The notes under the pieces are model-generated. The model was not told where the DNA came from, searched no databases, and saw nothing but the letters and a program-made list of their open reading frames with translations. Made by a program: the position numbers and the translations under genes. DNA of 64,000 bases from a virus. Shown here in pieces: positions 49,102 through 58,314 of this stretch. Each line of letters starts with the position of its first letter. The first letter of the stretch is position 1. The DNA lies in the IMG/VR virus record IMGVR_UViG_3300021091_000027, positions 1 to 64,000 of that record. One strand, written 5' to 3'.

Positions 49102-49973
49102 ATTCATTAAATAACTTAGGGTGGAGAAACCTTAATTCAATGAGGAATTACCCTTTCACCGATTCCTCAACTTTATCTATGAATAGTTTATTTCTGCCCC
49201 AAACATGGATACTGGATGCTAGAGTTTATTGCAACAACTCTTATGAAGCAACGGAGACTCCATATATATCTAAGATTATAAAGACAGAGCTATTAATATC
49301 ATTAGTTATATCTTCATCAAATGGCGAAGAGATCGGAGAAGCCAAAGTATTCTTAAATAAGACTGATGACTCAATTAAAATCGCAGATTCAAAAGGATTT
49401 ACAAATGGATGTATAGTTATAGATCCAAATAGTACAGCTTTGGCTCAAGCCTTGCCTGATGGTGAAACCGAATTAGTTCCATCAGTAGCTAGATTTTTAC
49501 CACATGTATGTCAATACTTGCCAGGTCCGCAAGTTCAAAGTATAAATGGAAAACATGGAAATATTGAATTAGTAGCAGAAGTTGGAGTAAAGCTTACTGC
49601 TGTTTCACATGAGAGCAGCTCATCCACCGAACATACGAGCACTATAAGAATAGATTTGATAGGAGATCCTCATTTTACTAGATATAACTGTATAACAGGC
49701 GCAAACGATCAGACAGATGACATATTTGAGTTAAGTTCAAGATTTTTGAAGAGATTAAAAGTTTTGCATTATGTAAAAAGTCCAAGTACCGGACAAATTA
49801 CTGGGCCGTATAAAAGTTCGCTAAAGAGGAAAAAGAACGGATCGATAATGCTGGCTCTATCCACTCCATTGAGCGATCCTAGCGGTACTACTGTTGAAAT
49901 AAGAGAAGCAAGACCTTCTTTTAGAATTCAAGTATCAGATAACAAAATAACTCTAAATTTAGCAGGTGCATAA
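49098..49973 (+). CDS. fibre-like paralog 4
   Basis: GWRNLNSMRNYPF; VQSINGKHGNIEL. Confidence 0.6.
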   Translation: MNSLNNLGWRNLNSMRNYPFTDSSTLSMNSLFLPQTWILDARVYCNNSYEATETPYISKIIKTELLISLVISSSNGEEIGEAKVFLNKTDDSIKIADSKGFTNGCIVIDPNSTALAQALPDGETELVPSVARFLPHVCQYLPGPQVQSINGKHGNIELVAEVGVKLTAVSHESSSSTEHTSTIRIDLIGDPHFTRYNCITGANDQTDDIFELSSRFLKRLKVLHYVKSPSTGQITGPYKSSLKRKKNGSIMLALSTPLSDPSGTTVEIREARPSFRIQVSDNKITLNLAGA

Positions 49974-50944
49974 TGTATGAATATTTTAAGACAGTAAGCT
50001 ATCCATTAAAGGAATTTAACTCGGATTACTTTTCGGAGAATCAAAATGATGCTATAAAATCTACGATAGTAGATTTTGGCATCAATATATACGGTTTATC
50101 GCCAGAACTTGAAAATCTTATAATTGGGACACCTAGGATATTTTTAACAGAAATTGGATCCTCCGACTCCTATTCTTTAATACTTAAATTACAATTAATG
50201 ATAACAATCGACGACTTAGACTTCTCTTTAGCTGGCGGGGACTTATCAGTTTCTACAGATACTCACCCAGCAAATGAAGAATTTATTAGAGTTTATTTTG
50301 ATAGTGAGGACTTTGAATCGCCCGGCTTTATTATTGATGGATTTCTGTGCTTAAATAATTACTCAAAATTAATTAGAGTATTAGATGGAACAATCTTTAA
50401 TCCTCCAAATATGGAATTTGAGCCTACAACTATAAATTTCTTTTCTAGGCATAGGGTAAATAGTATAACTTGTAAAAACTCAAAGCCTCTAATAATGCAA
50501 AAAGCTAATGAGCTGATACACCAACCTCCACAGGATCCGGTATTTGGAGATATAAAGCTAGTGCCCGGAAATAATTGCACTATATCTGTGCGACCTCAAA
50601 CTAATACAGTAATTATAGGGGCAGTTTTAAATGCTAATGACACCCCCGAAGAAATCTGCGGAGTGTGGAAAGATAAAATTTCAGGTACAGGTTCAAAAGA
50701 TTTACTTTGTAGTGAAGTTGTGTATTCTATAGCTGGCGCAAAGCCAGATAATTTTGGCAATATTGAAATACAGGCAAATACGCCTCTTAGTGTTAACGCT
50801 TTAGTAAAAGATGATTTACCAACTCCATTTAAAACTTTTATAAACGGATCTAGTTCAGAGTTTTCCCCTATAATACACTATATATACATAGGGCTCCCCC
50901 AATCTAATGGGAATTCAAGTGTATTTGATTGTCAAACGGAGTAA
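49973..50944 (+). CDS. fibre-like paralog 5
   Basis: SYPL near the N-terminus; GDIKLVPGNNC; VYSIAGAKPDNFGNI. Confidence 0.55.
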   Translation: MYEYFKTVSYPLKEFNSDYFSENQNDAIKSTIVDFGINIYGLSPELENLIIGTPRIFLTEIGSSDSYSLILKLQLMITIDDLDFSLAGGDLSVSTDTHPANEEFIRVYFDSEDFESPGFIIDGFLCLNNYSKLIRVLDGTIFNPPNMEFEPTTINFFSRHRVNSITCKNSKPLIMQKANELIHQPPQDPVFGDIKLVPGNNCTISVRPQTNTVIIGAVLNANDTPEEICGVWKDKISGTGSKDLLCSEVVYSIAGAKPDNFGNIEIQANTPLSVNALVKDDLPTPFKTFINGSSSEFSPIIHYIYIGLPQSNGNSSVFDCQTE

Positions 50945-50953
50945 CTAGTTCCA

Positions 50954-52156
50954 ATGCCACTAGCTCTAGACTCATGCGTACCAATTAATCCAGTAGTATC
51001 TGGGACAACCTGCGTGACTAACGGAGAAGTAAGTTGCGACACTGGAATTATTCCAATTAAAAAATGTGGACCCGATCCTAACAATCCTACAGCAGAAATA
51101 AAATGCGTAAATGACATAGTCAGAAGACCTTGGCCTACTCCGCCACCTGCTGAAATAGGCTGCAATCCTCTAACGGTAAATATTGAAAATACAGTACCAG
51201 ACGAAGACGACCCCGATCAGACAATGAGGTTGGAGGGTAGCGTCGGTTATATATCTGGGGATGCCTGTTTGCCAAAGGTTAATCTAAAGCTAGTGGCTCC
51301 GCCCAGCATACTTATTGGGGGCGGATCTCCGAACGTATACGGATCAGGATACAATCTAAATGGGATTTGTCATCCAGTAGGGCCAACAAGTGAAGCTGAA
51401 TTTAAGACTCCTCAGCAGTTTTTGGGTAATGAAAGAAATGCTCACTTGTTTACGCCCACTAGCAACTTTCAAGAAGCTCAAAGCCGTTGTCAAGATTCAT
51501 GCGATAGAAGAAGCCGATATGGAGCCAGTGCGGCAAGGTTTAATATTATTGGACCTTTCTTAGCATCAATAACTTCACGTCAGGCTATCGGGCAAACAAC
51601 AATACCTTATACAAATGAAAACGGGGAATCAGTAACTGAGGTCGTAGTTTTTGCCTGGAGGTATGGCTTCAATGCCGAGCAATGCGTAATTGCAGGAAAC
51701 GCATGTCAATATCCTTGTGCACCTACAAATAGCTGGGCACAATATCCTAGTGATCTTGAGTACATGCTGGCATTTAATATAAAAGAAAATTTGGAAAATC
51801 CCTACAGCTCTGGAGATAAGATATACGGAGTGGGGGTCAATCTCAGCGACATGCTTAGTAAAGGATACAGACCTCAACCAATAATGTTAGGGGCAATGGT
51901 TATGGTGTATGGCTATATAAGTTGGGGCACAAGTATTGAATATCAGAGCAGCGGATCAGGAACTACATCTGAGGCAGATCCAACTACCTGCGACTGTCCA
52001 GTGGTGTGGTTTATAGATGAACAGAATGCTTTTGATGGACAATGCCGAGAAAGCGAAACTTCTGATGCTGTCCAAGCACTATCTAATCTACCTCAAAGAA
52101 ACGTAACTTCTGCAGGTATGTTCTTCGGAGTAAACGACAATGCCAATAGAGTTTAA
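50954..52156 (+). CDS. Cys/Pro-rich hypothetical structural protein
   Basis: 400-aa ORF with many Cys residues, in the fibre cluster. Confidence 0.55.
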   Translation: MPLALDSCVPINPVVSGTTCVTNGEVSCDTGIIPIKKCGPDPNNPTAEIKCVNDIVRRPWPTPPPAEIGCNPLTVNIENTVPDEDDPDQTMRLEGSVGYISGDACLPKVNLKLVAPPSILIGGGSPNVYGSGYNLNGICHPVGPTSEAEFKTPQQFLGNERNAHLFTPTSNFQEAQSRCQDSCDRRSRYGASAARFNIIGPFLASITSRQAIGQTTIPYTNENGESVTEVVVFAWRYGFNAEQCVIAGNACQYPCAPTNSWAQYPSDLEYMLAFNIKENLENPYSSGDKIYGVGVNLSDMLSKGYRPQPIMLGAMVMVYGYISWGTSIEYQSSGSGTTSEADPTTCDCPVVWFIDEQNAFDGQCRESETSDAVQALSNLPQRNVTSAGMFFGVNDNANRV

Positions 52157-52574
52157 AAGTGTTGTACATAGACACTCAATTCAAACTGGAATAGTTCCCA
52201 GTTCAACAGAGCTATATCCTGGCGAATTGGCACTTAATTTAATTGATCAAAAGTTATTTACTATGGGCGTCGGCGGAAACATAATAGATCTTACGTCGGC
52301 TAATTCGATGTTTTCTTTTTCCGGCGTTACAGCAGGAGCTGTGCTCATATATGACTCTGCTTCAAGTAGATTCATTTCAGAAGGCGGAGCAAGCTATATA
52401 AGAGCCGTAGCCGATGTACCAGCTAGAGACGCTATACTTCCTGAAAGAAGACAGGTAGGAATGTTGGTGTATGTCGTAGATGTCGGTAAATACTATACTC
52501 TTACAGATGGAATACTTAATACTGATTGGGTAGAGTTTGACGGAGTGCTAACAATGGATGGAGGGGTGTACTGA
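52140..52574 (+). CDS. small fibre-domain protein
   Basis: VPSSTELYPGELALNLIDQKLF resembles the N-terminus of 19241; also ARDAI..RRQVGMLVYV and a terminal DGGVY. Confidence 0.6.
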   Translation: MPIEFKSVVHRHSIQTGIVPSSTELYPGELALNLIDQKLFTMGVGGNIIDLTSANSMFSFSGVTAGAVLIYDSASSRFISEGGASYIRAVADVPARDAILPERRQVGMLVYVVDVGKYYTLTDGILNTDWVEFDGVLTMDGGVY

Positions 52575-52984
52575 TGGCAAGATTTTCTATAAGCTTTGCA
52601 ACAAATGTCATGTATGAGGCTGACAAAGATCCTGTATACAGGGTGAGGGTATCCACTGGGCTGCAGGAGCCTGCAAACTTTTCCGCAATTGATTCAAATT
52701 TATTGGTTATAAGTAGAAATAAAAATAGCGATAGCGACTACGTAGATACGTTTTACGGAATAATTAAGCCTTCCGACTTTGCGGCAATGAGTAAAAACAA
52801 ACCTAAGCCTGGAGTAAATTTCTACAGGGCTGCTGAATGGAATTTAATATTCTATAATTTAAAAACCATGAATGAAGCAATTACTCTAATGAAAAAGCAG
52901 ATTGATATACTGGCAGAGGACATGACGGTTTTCTTTAGAGAGCAAAATAATCGCTACGAAACACACATATCGACCTCATTTTAA
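52574..52984 (+). CDS. hypothetical protein
   Basis: Coupled ORF (TGATG). Confidence 0.55.
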   Translation: MARFSISFATNVMYEADKDPVYRVRVSTGLQEPANFSAIDSNLLVISRNKNSDSDYVDTFYGIIKPSDFAAMSKNKPKPGVNFYRAAEWNLIFYNLKTMNEAITLMKKQIDILAEDMTVFFREQNNRYETHISTSF

Positions 52985-52996
52985 TAGGGTATTTTC

Positions 52997-53284
52997 ATGG
53001 AAAAAAAATTTGCAATGACGTACGCTACCATAAACGCTCTTCTTAATAACGAAGAGGTAAGACAGATAAGCCCCTTGATTAAAAATGCTTATGATGTTGT
53101 AAACTCAGATATAACATCATCTGGGTGTTCATCTTGTGCTAAAAGAAAGAAGCTGAATGATGCTGCAATTTCGCTTTTAAGCCAACTTCAAAGCGCCTCA
53201 GACATGGAGTTAGATAGAATAAAGAAAGCCCTAGGTGTAGATAAACTAGTGTTTGCAAGTGGGTTTAAGGCTATCGAGCGGTGA
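52997..53284 (+). CDS. small CxxC protein
   Basis: GCSSCAKRKK. Confidence 0.55.
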   Translation: MEKKFAMTYATINALLNNEEVRQISPLIKNAYDVVNSDITSSGCSSCAKRKKLNDAAISLLSQLQSASDMELDRIKKALGVDKLVFASGFKAIER

Positions 53285-54318
53285 TGTCGACCAATCCAGC
53301 TATACCTTGTTGCTGCATAAGTCCTAAATTTGTATGCTGCAAAACATACGCTGTAGCTTTAACTTGCCCTGTGGAACAGATAGGGGATGATTGCGATGTA
53401 ATTTCAGGGGTTCCTCCAGAAGTTAAATGCGAGTATGAATATAAAATAGTTTCATGTGTGGATAGTGAGGAGGAGTGTGTATGTGAGGAAATATCTGAAC
53501 AAGAGGTGACAGGTACTGGAGGATTCGGCAGCGGTGGCGGCGGCGGTGGAATGGGCGGTAGCTCTGGAGGCCTCCCACCAGGACATACAATATCTGCATG
53601 CATATCAGCTGTATTTCATAATATAAAGTGTGAAAATAATCAACCTCCTAACGACAGGGAGATTTGCAAGAACGACAAAAATAGACCGTGTTGCAAAAAA
53701 GAATGCGGCCCGTGTGGACCTATGGCCGCCGGATGCGCAGATGACTGCCCTCCTCCAAATTGCGAAGAACAGGAGTGTTGTGAGCCTCCGCCTCCTACGC
53801 TATGCTGCTGCTCTACTATTGAAGGGGGCGAATGCTCAGTTAAAACTTGCGGTCCATGCCCTCCTGATCCCATTCCTCCAAACTGTTATCAGGTCCCTGC
53901 CTGCGATCAGTGTACAGATGGGCCAGATGACTGTACTTTTTACCAATCAGCCTTATGTTGTCCAACCGAGTTCTGCTGTTGCAACCCGGAGGCGACCTGC
54001 GACTGCTGCGACGGCAGCATCCCTGCCTGCTGCGAATGCGAGGAGCCCGGCTGCGTGCGTTTCAAGTGCATATGTCCGTGTGGTTCAGGCCCACCGTCAG
54101 GTCCGCCTCTTTGTATGGGATGTGGTCAACCTACGGCAAACCCAGCGGGTTGTTTGGCGTTGGGGCTCCAGACCGAAATGCAACATCCCGGAAATAAATT
54201 TGAGGATAACTTTGGTACCTTCGTAGAAAACAGTATTGAGAAGGGATTGATAAAAACTAAGACTGATGTTAAGCTGAACACCTTGTTTCTATTTGGCTAT
54301 GGATATAAAAATCTATGA
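53281..54318 (+). CDS. extremely Cys-rich protein (~50 Cys in 345 aa)
   Basis: CCC/CC/CxxC clusters, Pro runs and a poly-Gly linker; coupled to both neighbours. Confidence 0.7.
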   Translation: MMSTNPAIPCCCISPKFVCCKTYAVALTCPVEQIGDDCDVISGVPPEVKCEYEYKIVSCVDSEEECVCEEISEQEVTGTGGFGSGGGGGGMGGSSGGLPPGHTISACISAVFHNIKCENNQPPNDREICKNDKNRPCCKKECGPCGPMAAGCADDCPPPNCEEQECCEPPPPTLCCCSTIEGGECSVKTCGPCPPDPIPPNCYQVPACDQCTDGPDDCTFYQSALCCPTEFCCCNPEATCDCCDGSIPACCECEEPGCVRFKCICPCGSGPPSGPPLCMGCGQPTANPAGCLALGLQTEMQHPGNKFEDNFGTFVENSIEKGLIKTKTDVKLNTLFLFGYGYKNL

Positions 54319-55247
54319 GAGCAATTCATTCATATAAGTTTGATAAGTTAAGACCGCTATTAGAATCTATTGGCGGGGCGTCAGTGGTAAAGCCAATTAT
54401 AACCATGATGGCGCTTTCGGCAGTCAGTATACGCAAACATCATGATGACTTTGTCCTGATTACAGACGATATTGGAGCTGAACTTGCTAAAGCATGTAGT
54501 TTGCCTTACTCAAAGGTCGTTTCAGTTGGTTATGAGTTTGGTTCGCACGAATGTTTCTGGATTCACAGTAAGCTGCACACCTACGCAACAATAGATTGCC
54601 CATTTGTTCACTACGATATCGATTTATTTTTGTGGGATCCGCTTCCAAAAGAATTTTTAGATAACGATATATTTAACTTTTACTCAGAGGCCCACGTTTG
54701 GCCTAGATATGAACAGATCCTTGAAAATTTCATTGCCTCAGGTGTAAAGGTTCCACTTTACGATAAACTATACCCTGAGAATAAATCTCCATTAAATATG
54801 GCGATATTTGGAGGGCACGACATAAAAACCATTAAATCCTGTGGTCAAGAACTTTTAGATTTAATGGAAACTAATGATAGATTTTATAACAAGTCAGATG
54901 AGATAGTATACGCAATAGAAAATGGAATTTCCTATATAGAACAAGCGCTAAGTTCTTACATACTTCAGAGCAAACATAGAAAAAGAGTAGTGCCACTTCT
55001 AAAAGAGCATCAGGTATTATCCGGAAAAACCGTTCCAGGGATTAAGGTAACGCACTTGCACTCCTTGAAACAAGTAGCACAAGCCCAAGGAAAAATTAAT
55101 GAATTACAAGCAAAACTTGACAGTAAGTTGAAATATCTGGCTCCAGACGTACACTCTGCCGTAGCAAAGTTTACTAAAGTTAAAGTTAATATAGATGACA
55201 TGATAAAGGAGGCAAACTTAAATGATTCGAATCTCACCAATAAATAA
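54315..55247 (+). CDS. putative nucleotide-sugar glycosyltransferase (GT-A, DUF6734-like)
   Basis: LITDDIG; FWIHSKLHTY..PFVHYDIDLFLW (DxD); NMAIFGG; IEQ; THL. Confidence 0.65.
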   Translation: MRAIHSYKFDKLRPLLESIGGASVVKPIITMMALSAVSIRKHHDDFVLITDDIGAELAKACSLPYSKVVSVGYEFGSHECFWIHSKLHTYATIDCPFVHYDIDLFLWDPLPKEFLDNDIFNFYSEAHVWPRYEQILENFIASGVKVPLYDKLYPENKSPLNMAIFGGHDIKTIKSCGQELLDLMETNDRFYNKSDEIVYAIENGISYIEQALSSYILQSKHRKRVVPLLKEHQVLSGKTVPGIKVTHLHSLKQVAQAQGKINELQAKLDSKLKYLAPDVHSAVAKFTKVKVNIDDMIKEANLNDSNLTNK

Positions 55248-55497
55248 ACATGAACAGATTCAAGACGAGGGTCTCAGAGTATATATAGAGGGGGTTGCTC
55301 CATTGGCTCTCACCTCGCCAGAGGCTCAAAGGATGGTATTTAATTACGTAAAAGAAGCAGGTCTGAAAGAATATGGAATGAATAAGTTTGTAGCTATGGA
55401 GTCACGTAATCTCAGCAATAATGATTTATATCCTTATAAAGGATATTGGCTAATGCTTCCAAATCAGTGGAATCAAAAGAAGACAGTTAAAGTATGA
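55222..55497 (+). CDS. hypothetical protein
   Basis: 91-aa ORF overlapping its neighbours. Confidence 0.5.
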   Translation: MIRISPINKHEQIQDEGLRVYIEGVAPLALTSPEAQRMVFNYVKEAGLKEYGMNKFVAMESRNLSNNDLYPYKGYWLMLPNQWNQKKTVKV

Positions 55498-55784
55498 GTA
55501 CCACTTTAACCAACGCTGAACAAAAGATATTTGTACGGAAAAGCGAGTTCGCAGATAAACTAATACCCATATGTGAAGCCTTAAAGTTAGCAGGATTCGA
55601 AATTGCAACAATTGCAGATATTATGGAAAATCTGCAAAACGAAAAAGAACTTCCTGCTAAGTTTTCAATCATAAATAATAGATATCTCGTGTATAAGAAG
55701 GATTTGGTATACGATTTATATAAATCGACTGCAATTGAGCAGCCGGATGAACAGAAAAGAATGGCGATTATATTTTGGATTTAG
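55494..55784 (+). CDS. hypothetical protein
   Basis: 96-aa coupled ORF. Confidence 0.5.
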   Translation: MSTTLTNAEQKIFVRKSEFADKLIPICEALKLAGFEIATIADIMENLQNEKELPAKFSIINNRYLVYKKDLVYDLYKSTAIEQPDEQKRMAIIFWI

Positions 55785-55785
55785 C

Positions 55786-56094
55786 ATGGAAGTAAAGCTG
55801 CGCAACAATACTTGGAAAATAGTTAAAATGGATTTAGGGCCCTCTATAAGAGGAGAAATAGATCCACCGAGCTATGTAAATAAAAGCATAAGAATTTCAA
55901 CTAGGCTTAGAAAAAGTCAGGAGATTTTGGAGGTACTTCTTCATGAATGCCTGCACGGATGCTTTTGGGACATAGACGAGGAAGCTGTGGAAAGAGCGGC
56001 TTTCGATATCTCTAGAGCACTTTACAAACTAGGTGCAAGAGTAGACGCAAGCAAGCTATCTAAGAAAATAACAAATACTACTAGGGGCTCTTAA
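55786..56094 (+). CDS. small HEXXH zinc metallopeptidase-like protein
   Basis: EVLLHECLHG..DEEAVE. ATG 55786 is preferred over TTG 55735, which overlaps the upstream gene. Confidence 0.65.
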   Translation: MEVKLRNNTWKIVKMDLGPSIRGEIDPPSYVNKSIRISTRLRKSQEILEVLLHECLHGCFWDIDEEAVERAAFDISRALYKLGARVDASKLSKKITNTTRGS

Positions 56095-56146
56095 GGGCAA
56101 GCTAAGGCGGATGATTCGCCTTCCCCCCAATAAACGCCCCATACGT

Positions 56147-56184
56147 AACAAAACCCAGGGTTCATGGGCCCTGGGTTTTGTTTT
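56147..56184. terminator. bidirectional intrinsic terminator between convergent blocks
   Basis: Perfect 14-bp stem aacaaaacccaggg / ccctgggttttgtt with A and T tracts at the two ends. Confidence 0.8.
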
Positions 56185-56202
56185 AATATGTCTATTAAGT
56201 TT

Positions 56203-56778
56203 TTAGAGTAAACCTTTTTGAATTAGCCTTCTTTGAAAATCTCTTGCCAGCTGTTGTTTAAGCTCTGGGTCGGAGAACACCTCTACATCACCTAGATCTG
56301 CTCCAACCGGCAGGTTTTGCATCAAGTTTTCAATTTCCTTATTCTTTCTTACTTTCTTACCATAGCCGTACATTGCTCCAGCGCCGCCTCCCAGTAGAGC
56401 GCCTATAGCTGCGCCAAGTGGAGCATTAGAGCCTCTTAAAGCTCCGACGCTTCCGCCTAATCCTCCGCCCAATAAAGCTCCCAAGGCTCCTGCGCCCAAG
56501 CCTGCCCACGATGGACTGGATAGGCCTGAAGATACTGGGTCTGCTGGGGTGCTAAATAACATTGGCAAAATCTTGGCTTTAGCTTTGTCTATTTCATCAA
56601 TTTCGTCTTTAGTAAAGTATCTTTTGCAACCAAATCCGGGGGTGCACTTGATAGGAACATCTACTATGGATTCTGAAGATGAGATTTCGGCTTTTTTCTC
56701 GGAGATGTCCGCACAGCTTTCTTTAAGCCATCTTCTTAGATCTGCCTTCTTTAAATTAATGTATGCATCAAGATTCAT
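56203..56778 (-). CDS. glycine-zipper protein with KxA leader
   Basis: MNLDAYINLKKAD..EKKAE; GLGAGALGALLGGGLGGSVG..LGAAIGALLGGGAGAMYG. Confidence 0.65.
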   Translation of the reverse strand: MNLDAYINLKKADLRRWLKESCADISEKKAEISSSESIVDVPIKCTPGFGCKRYFTKDEIDEIDKAKAKILPMLFSTPADPVSSGLSSPSWAGLGAGALGALLGGGLGGSVGALRGSNAPLGAAIGALLGGGAGAMYGYGKKVRKNKEIENLMQNLPVGADLGDVEVFSDPELKQQLARDFQRRLIQKGLL

Positions 56779-57476
56779 TTAGACACTCCCTTTGCAAACC
56801 CTGATACAAACTTATTCCATGACCTAGAGTCCTTATTCATCAATGGCACGTTGTTAAGCTCCAGCATCATCTTGCTGGTCCTCCTATCGACATATGCCTG
56901 TACGTCATCTTTGAATTTAATTTGATTTTGGATCATTATTTGAAGTTGTACGGTATCTGTAGCGTAGGATTCCATATTTGCTACATAATCGTTTGGGCCC
57001 ATTTCCGCTACTTTTGAAAGCGATGGAGGCAAACGATAGAGGCCCAGCTCCTTACAGATCTCGCCTATATATCTACGAACTTCTGGACTGAGACGCTCAG
57101 GGGTGTTGGAGTCCAGCATAGTGAGCTCGGTAATAGCCCAAGCACATTCATATGGATCGGCTATGTCAAAGACGTCATAGCTCATAGGTGTTCCACTTAA
57201 AACATTGGCACAGTTCATAAAAGTGGACACATCTGTATGAACTAGGTCGGTCGTCAAAGAGTTCCAAAGTGCCCATATTTTATCGGTGTTCACATCAGGG
57301 ATATCAGATACTGAAAACCCCTCCTCAAGCTCCTGACGAAATGCCTGAGGGTCCATATCAAAGATCTCCTGACCGTAAGAGTCCAGAATCATAGTAAGCA
57401 GCACAGTGCCGACGGTATCCCGACTTTTCCACAGCTGATCGTACGCTTTAGATGCTGTTATGCTTTTAATTGGCAT
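56775..57476 (-). CDS. hypothetical protein
   Basis: 233-aa ORF coupled in the minus-strand operon. Confidence 0.6.
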   Translation of the reverse strand: MPIKSITASKAYDQLWKSRDTVGTVLLTMILDSYGQEIFDMDPQAFRQELEEGFSVSDIPDVNTDKIWALWNSLTTDLVHTDVSTFMNCANVLSGTPMSYDVFDIADPYECAWAITELTMLDSNTPERLSPEVRRYIGEICKELGLYRLPPSLSKVAEMGPNDYVANMESYATDTVQLQIMIQNQIKFKDDVQAYVDRRTSKMMLELNNVPLMNKDSRSWNKFVSGFAKGVSK

Positions 57477-57487
57477 TAGATTTCAGT

Positions 57488-58300
57488 TTATTCTTCTGCC
57501 TTTGCAAGGTTATCTGCGAATATGCCGGCGTTAGGATAAGCCTCGTTGATAAGTTTAGATTGCATCTCAATCTGCTTCTTCAGATCCTTCTTTGTATCAA
57601 GGATATGAGATATAGCTGGATTCTTATAGGTGCCAGTATATCTCTTTTTGGCGGCATCTGATAGCTGCTTGTACATCTTTGCAACAGCTTTGTAGTCGGC
57701 ACCTGGCGCTGCAACGCCTAAGGTGTGCTCCTTTATCAGAGTTTGAATCTGCTTAGCTATATTTGGGTTTTTAGATAGGCTATCAACTATATTCTTGTCC
57801 GAGGTGAATATCCTAGAAAGAAAGCCCATTTCCTTCTTTCTCTCTGCCAATAACTCATCCAGTCGCTTGTCTGCTTCAGATCTATCAAGTAAGGTTAGCG
57901 CTGCACTGCTTAGATTTTTACGTGAATCAGATGTTACCAATGGGTGTTGGCCAAGGCTTATTCCCGTTATTCCCAAAGCTCGTAAGTAAGCGATTGTACT
58001 CGCAGCTAATGCAGTAGCGGTTCCGGGACCAAAAGCTATATCCTTGTCCTTAAGCTTCTTTCCGTCTAGCATCCCCTTTCTACTGACACTCTTGGCCTGT
58101 CGTGCAGCATCGTTGATATTCATTGCTGCGAACTGCAAAACCGTCTTGTTGATGTCGTCGGCCGTCAGGTTTCTATTCTCATGCGGATGCGGAGTCATAC
58201 CTGCCATTCTGTCGTTCCAAAATGACATAAGATACTCCTCTTCTGATGGAATACTGTGTGTGGCAGCTAATTTTCTTAAATTATTTGCTACTTTAATCAT
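57488..58300 (-). CDS. hypothetical, putative internal virion protein with MIKVANNL leader
   Basis: MIKVANNLRKLAA. Confidence 0.6.
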   Translation of the reverse strand: MIKVANNLRKLAATHSIPSEEEYLMSFWNDRMAGMTPHPHENRNLTADDINKTVLQFAAMNINDAARQAKSVSRKGMLDGKKLKDKDIAFGPGTATALAASTIAYLRALGITGISLGQHPLVTSDSRKNLSSAALTLLDRSEADKRLDELLAERKKEMGFLSRIFTSDKNIVDSLSKNPNIAKQIQTLIKEHTLGVAAPGADYKAVAKMYKQLSDAAKKRYTGTYKNPAISHILDTKKDLKKQIEMQSKLINEAYPNAGIFADNLAKAEE

Positions 58301-58314
58301 AACTTATTTTTCTT

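Noticed and set aside
53630-54226. 198-aa alternate-frame ORF inside the Cys-rich gene
   Set aside because: It is explained by stop-poor GC-rich Cys/Pro codons. The Cys frame is the one coupled to both neighbours.
43546-55247. Host assignment (for example Planctomycetota) from Cys-rich tail proteins
   Set aside because: This is only an impression. Nothing in the window identifies the host; spacer matches or phylogeny would be needed.
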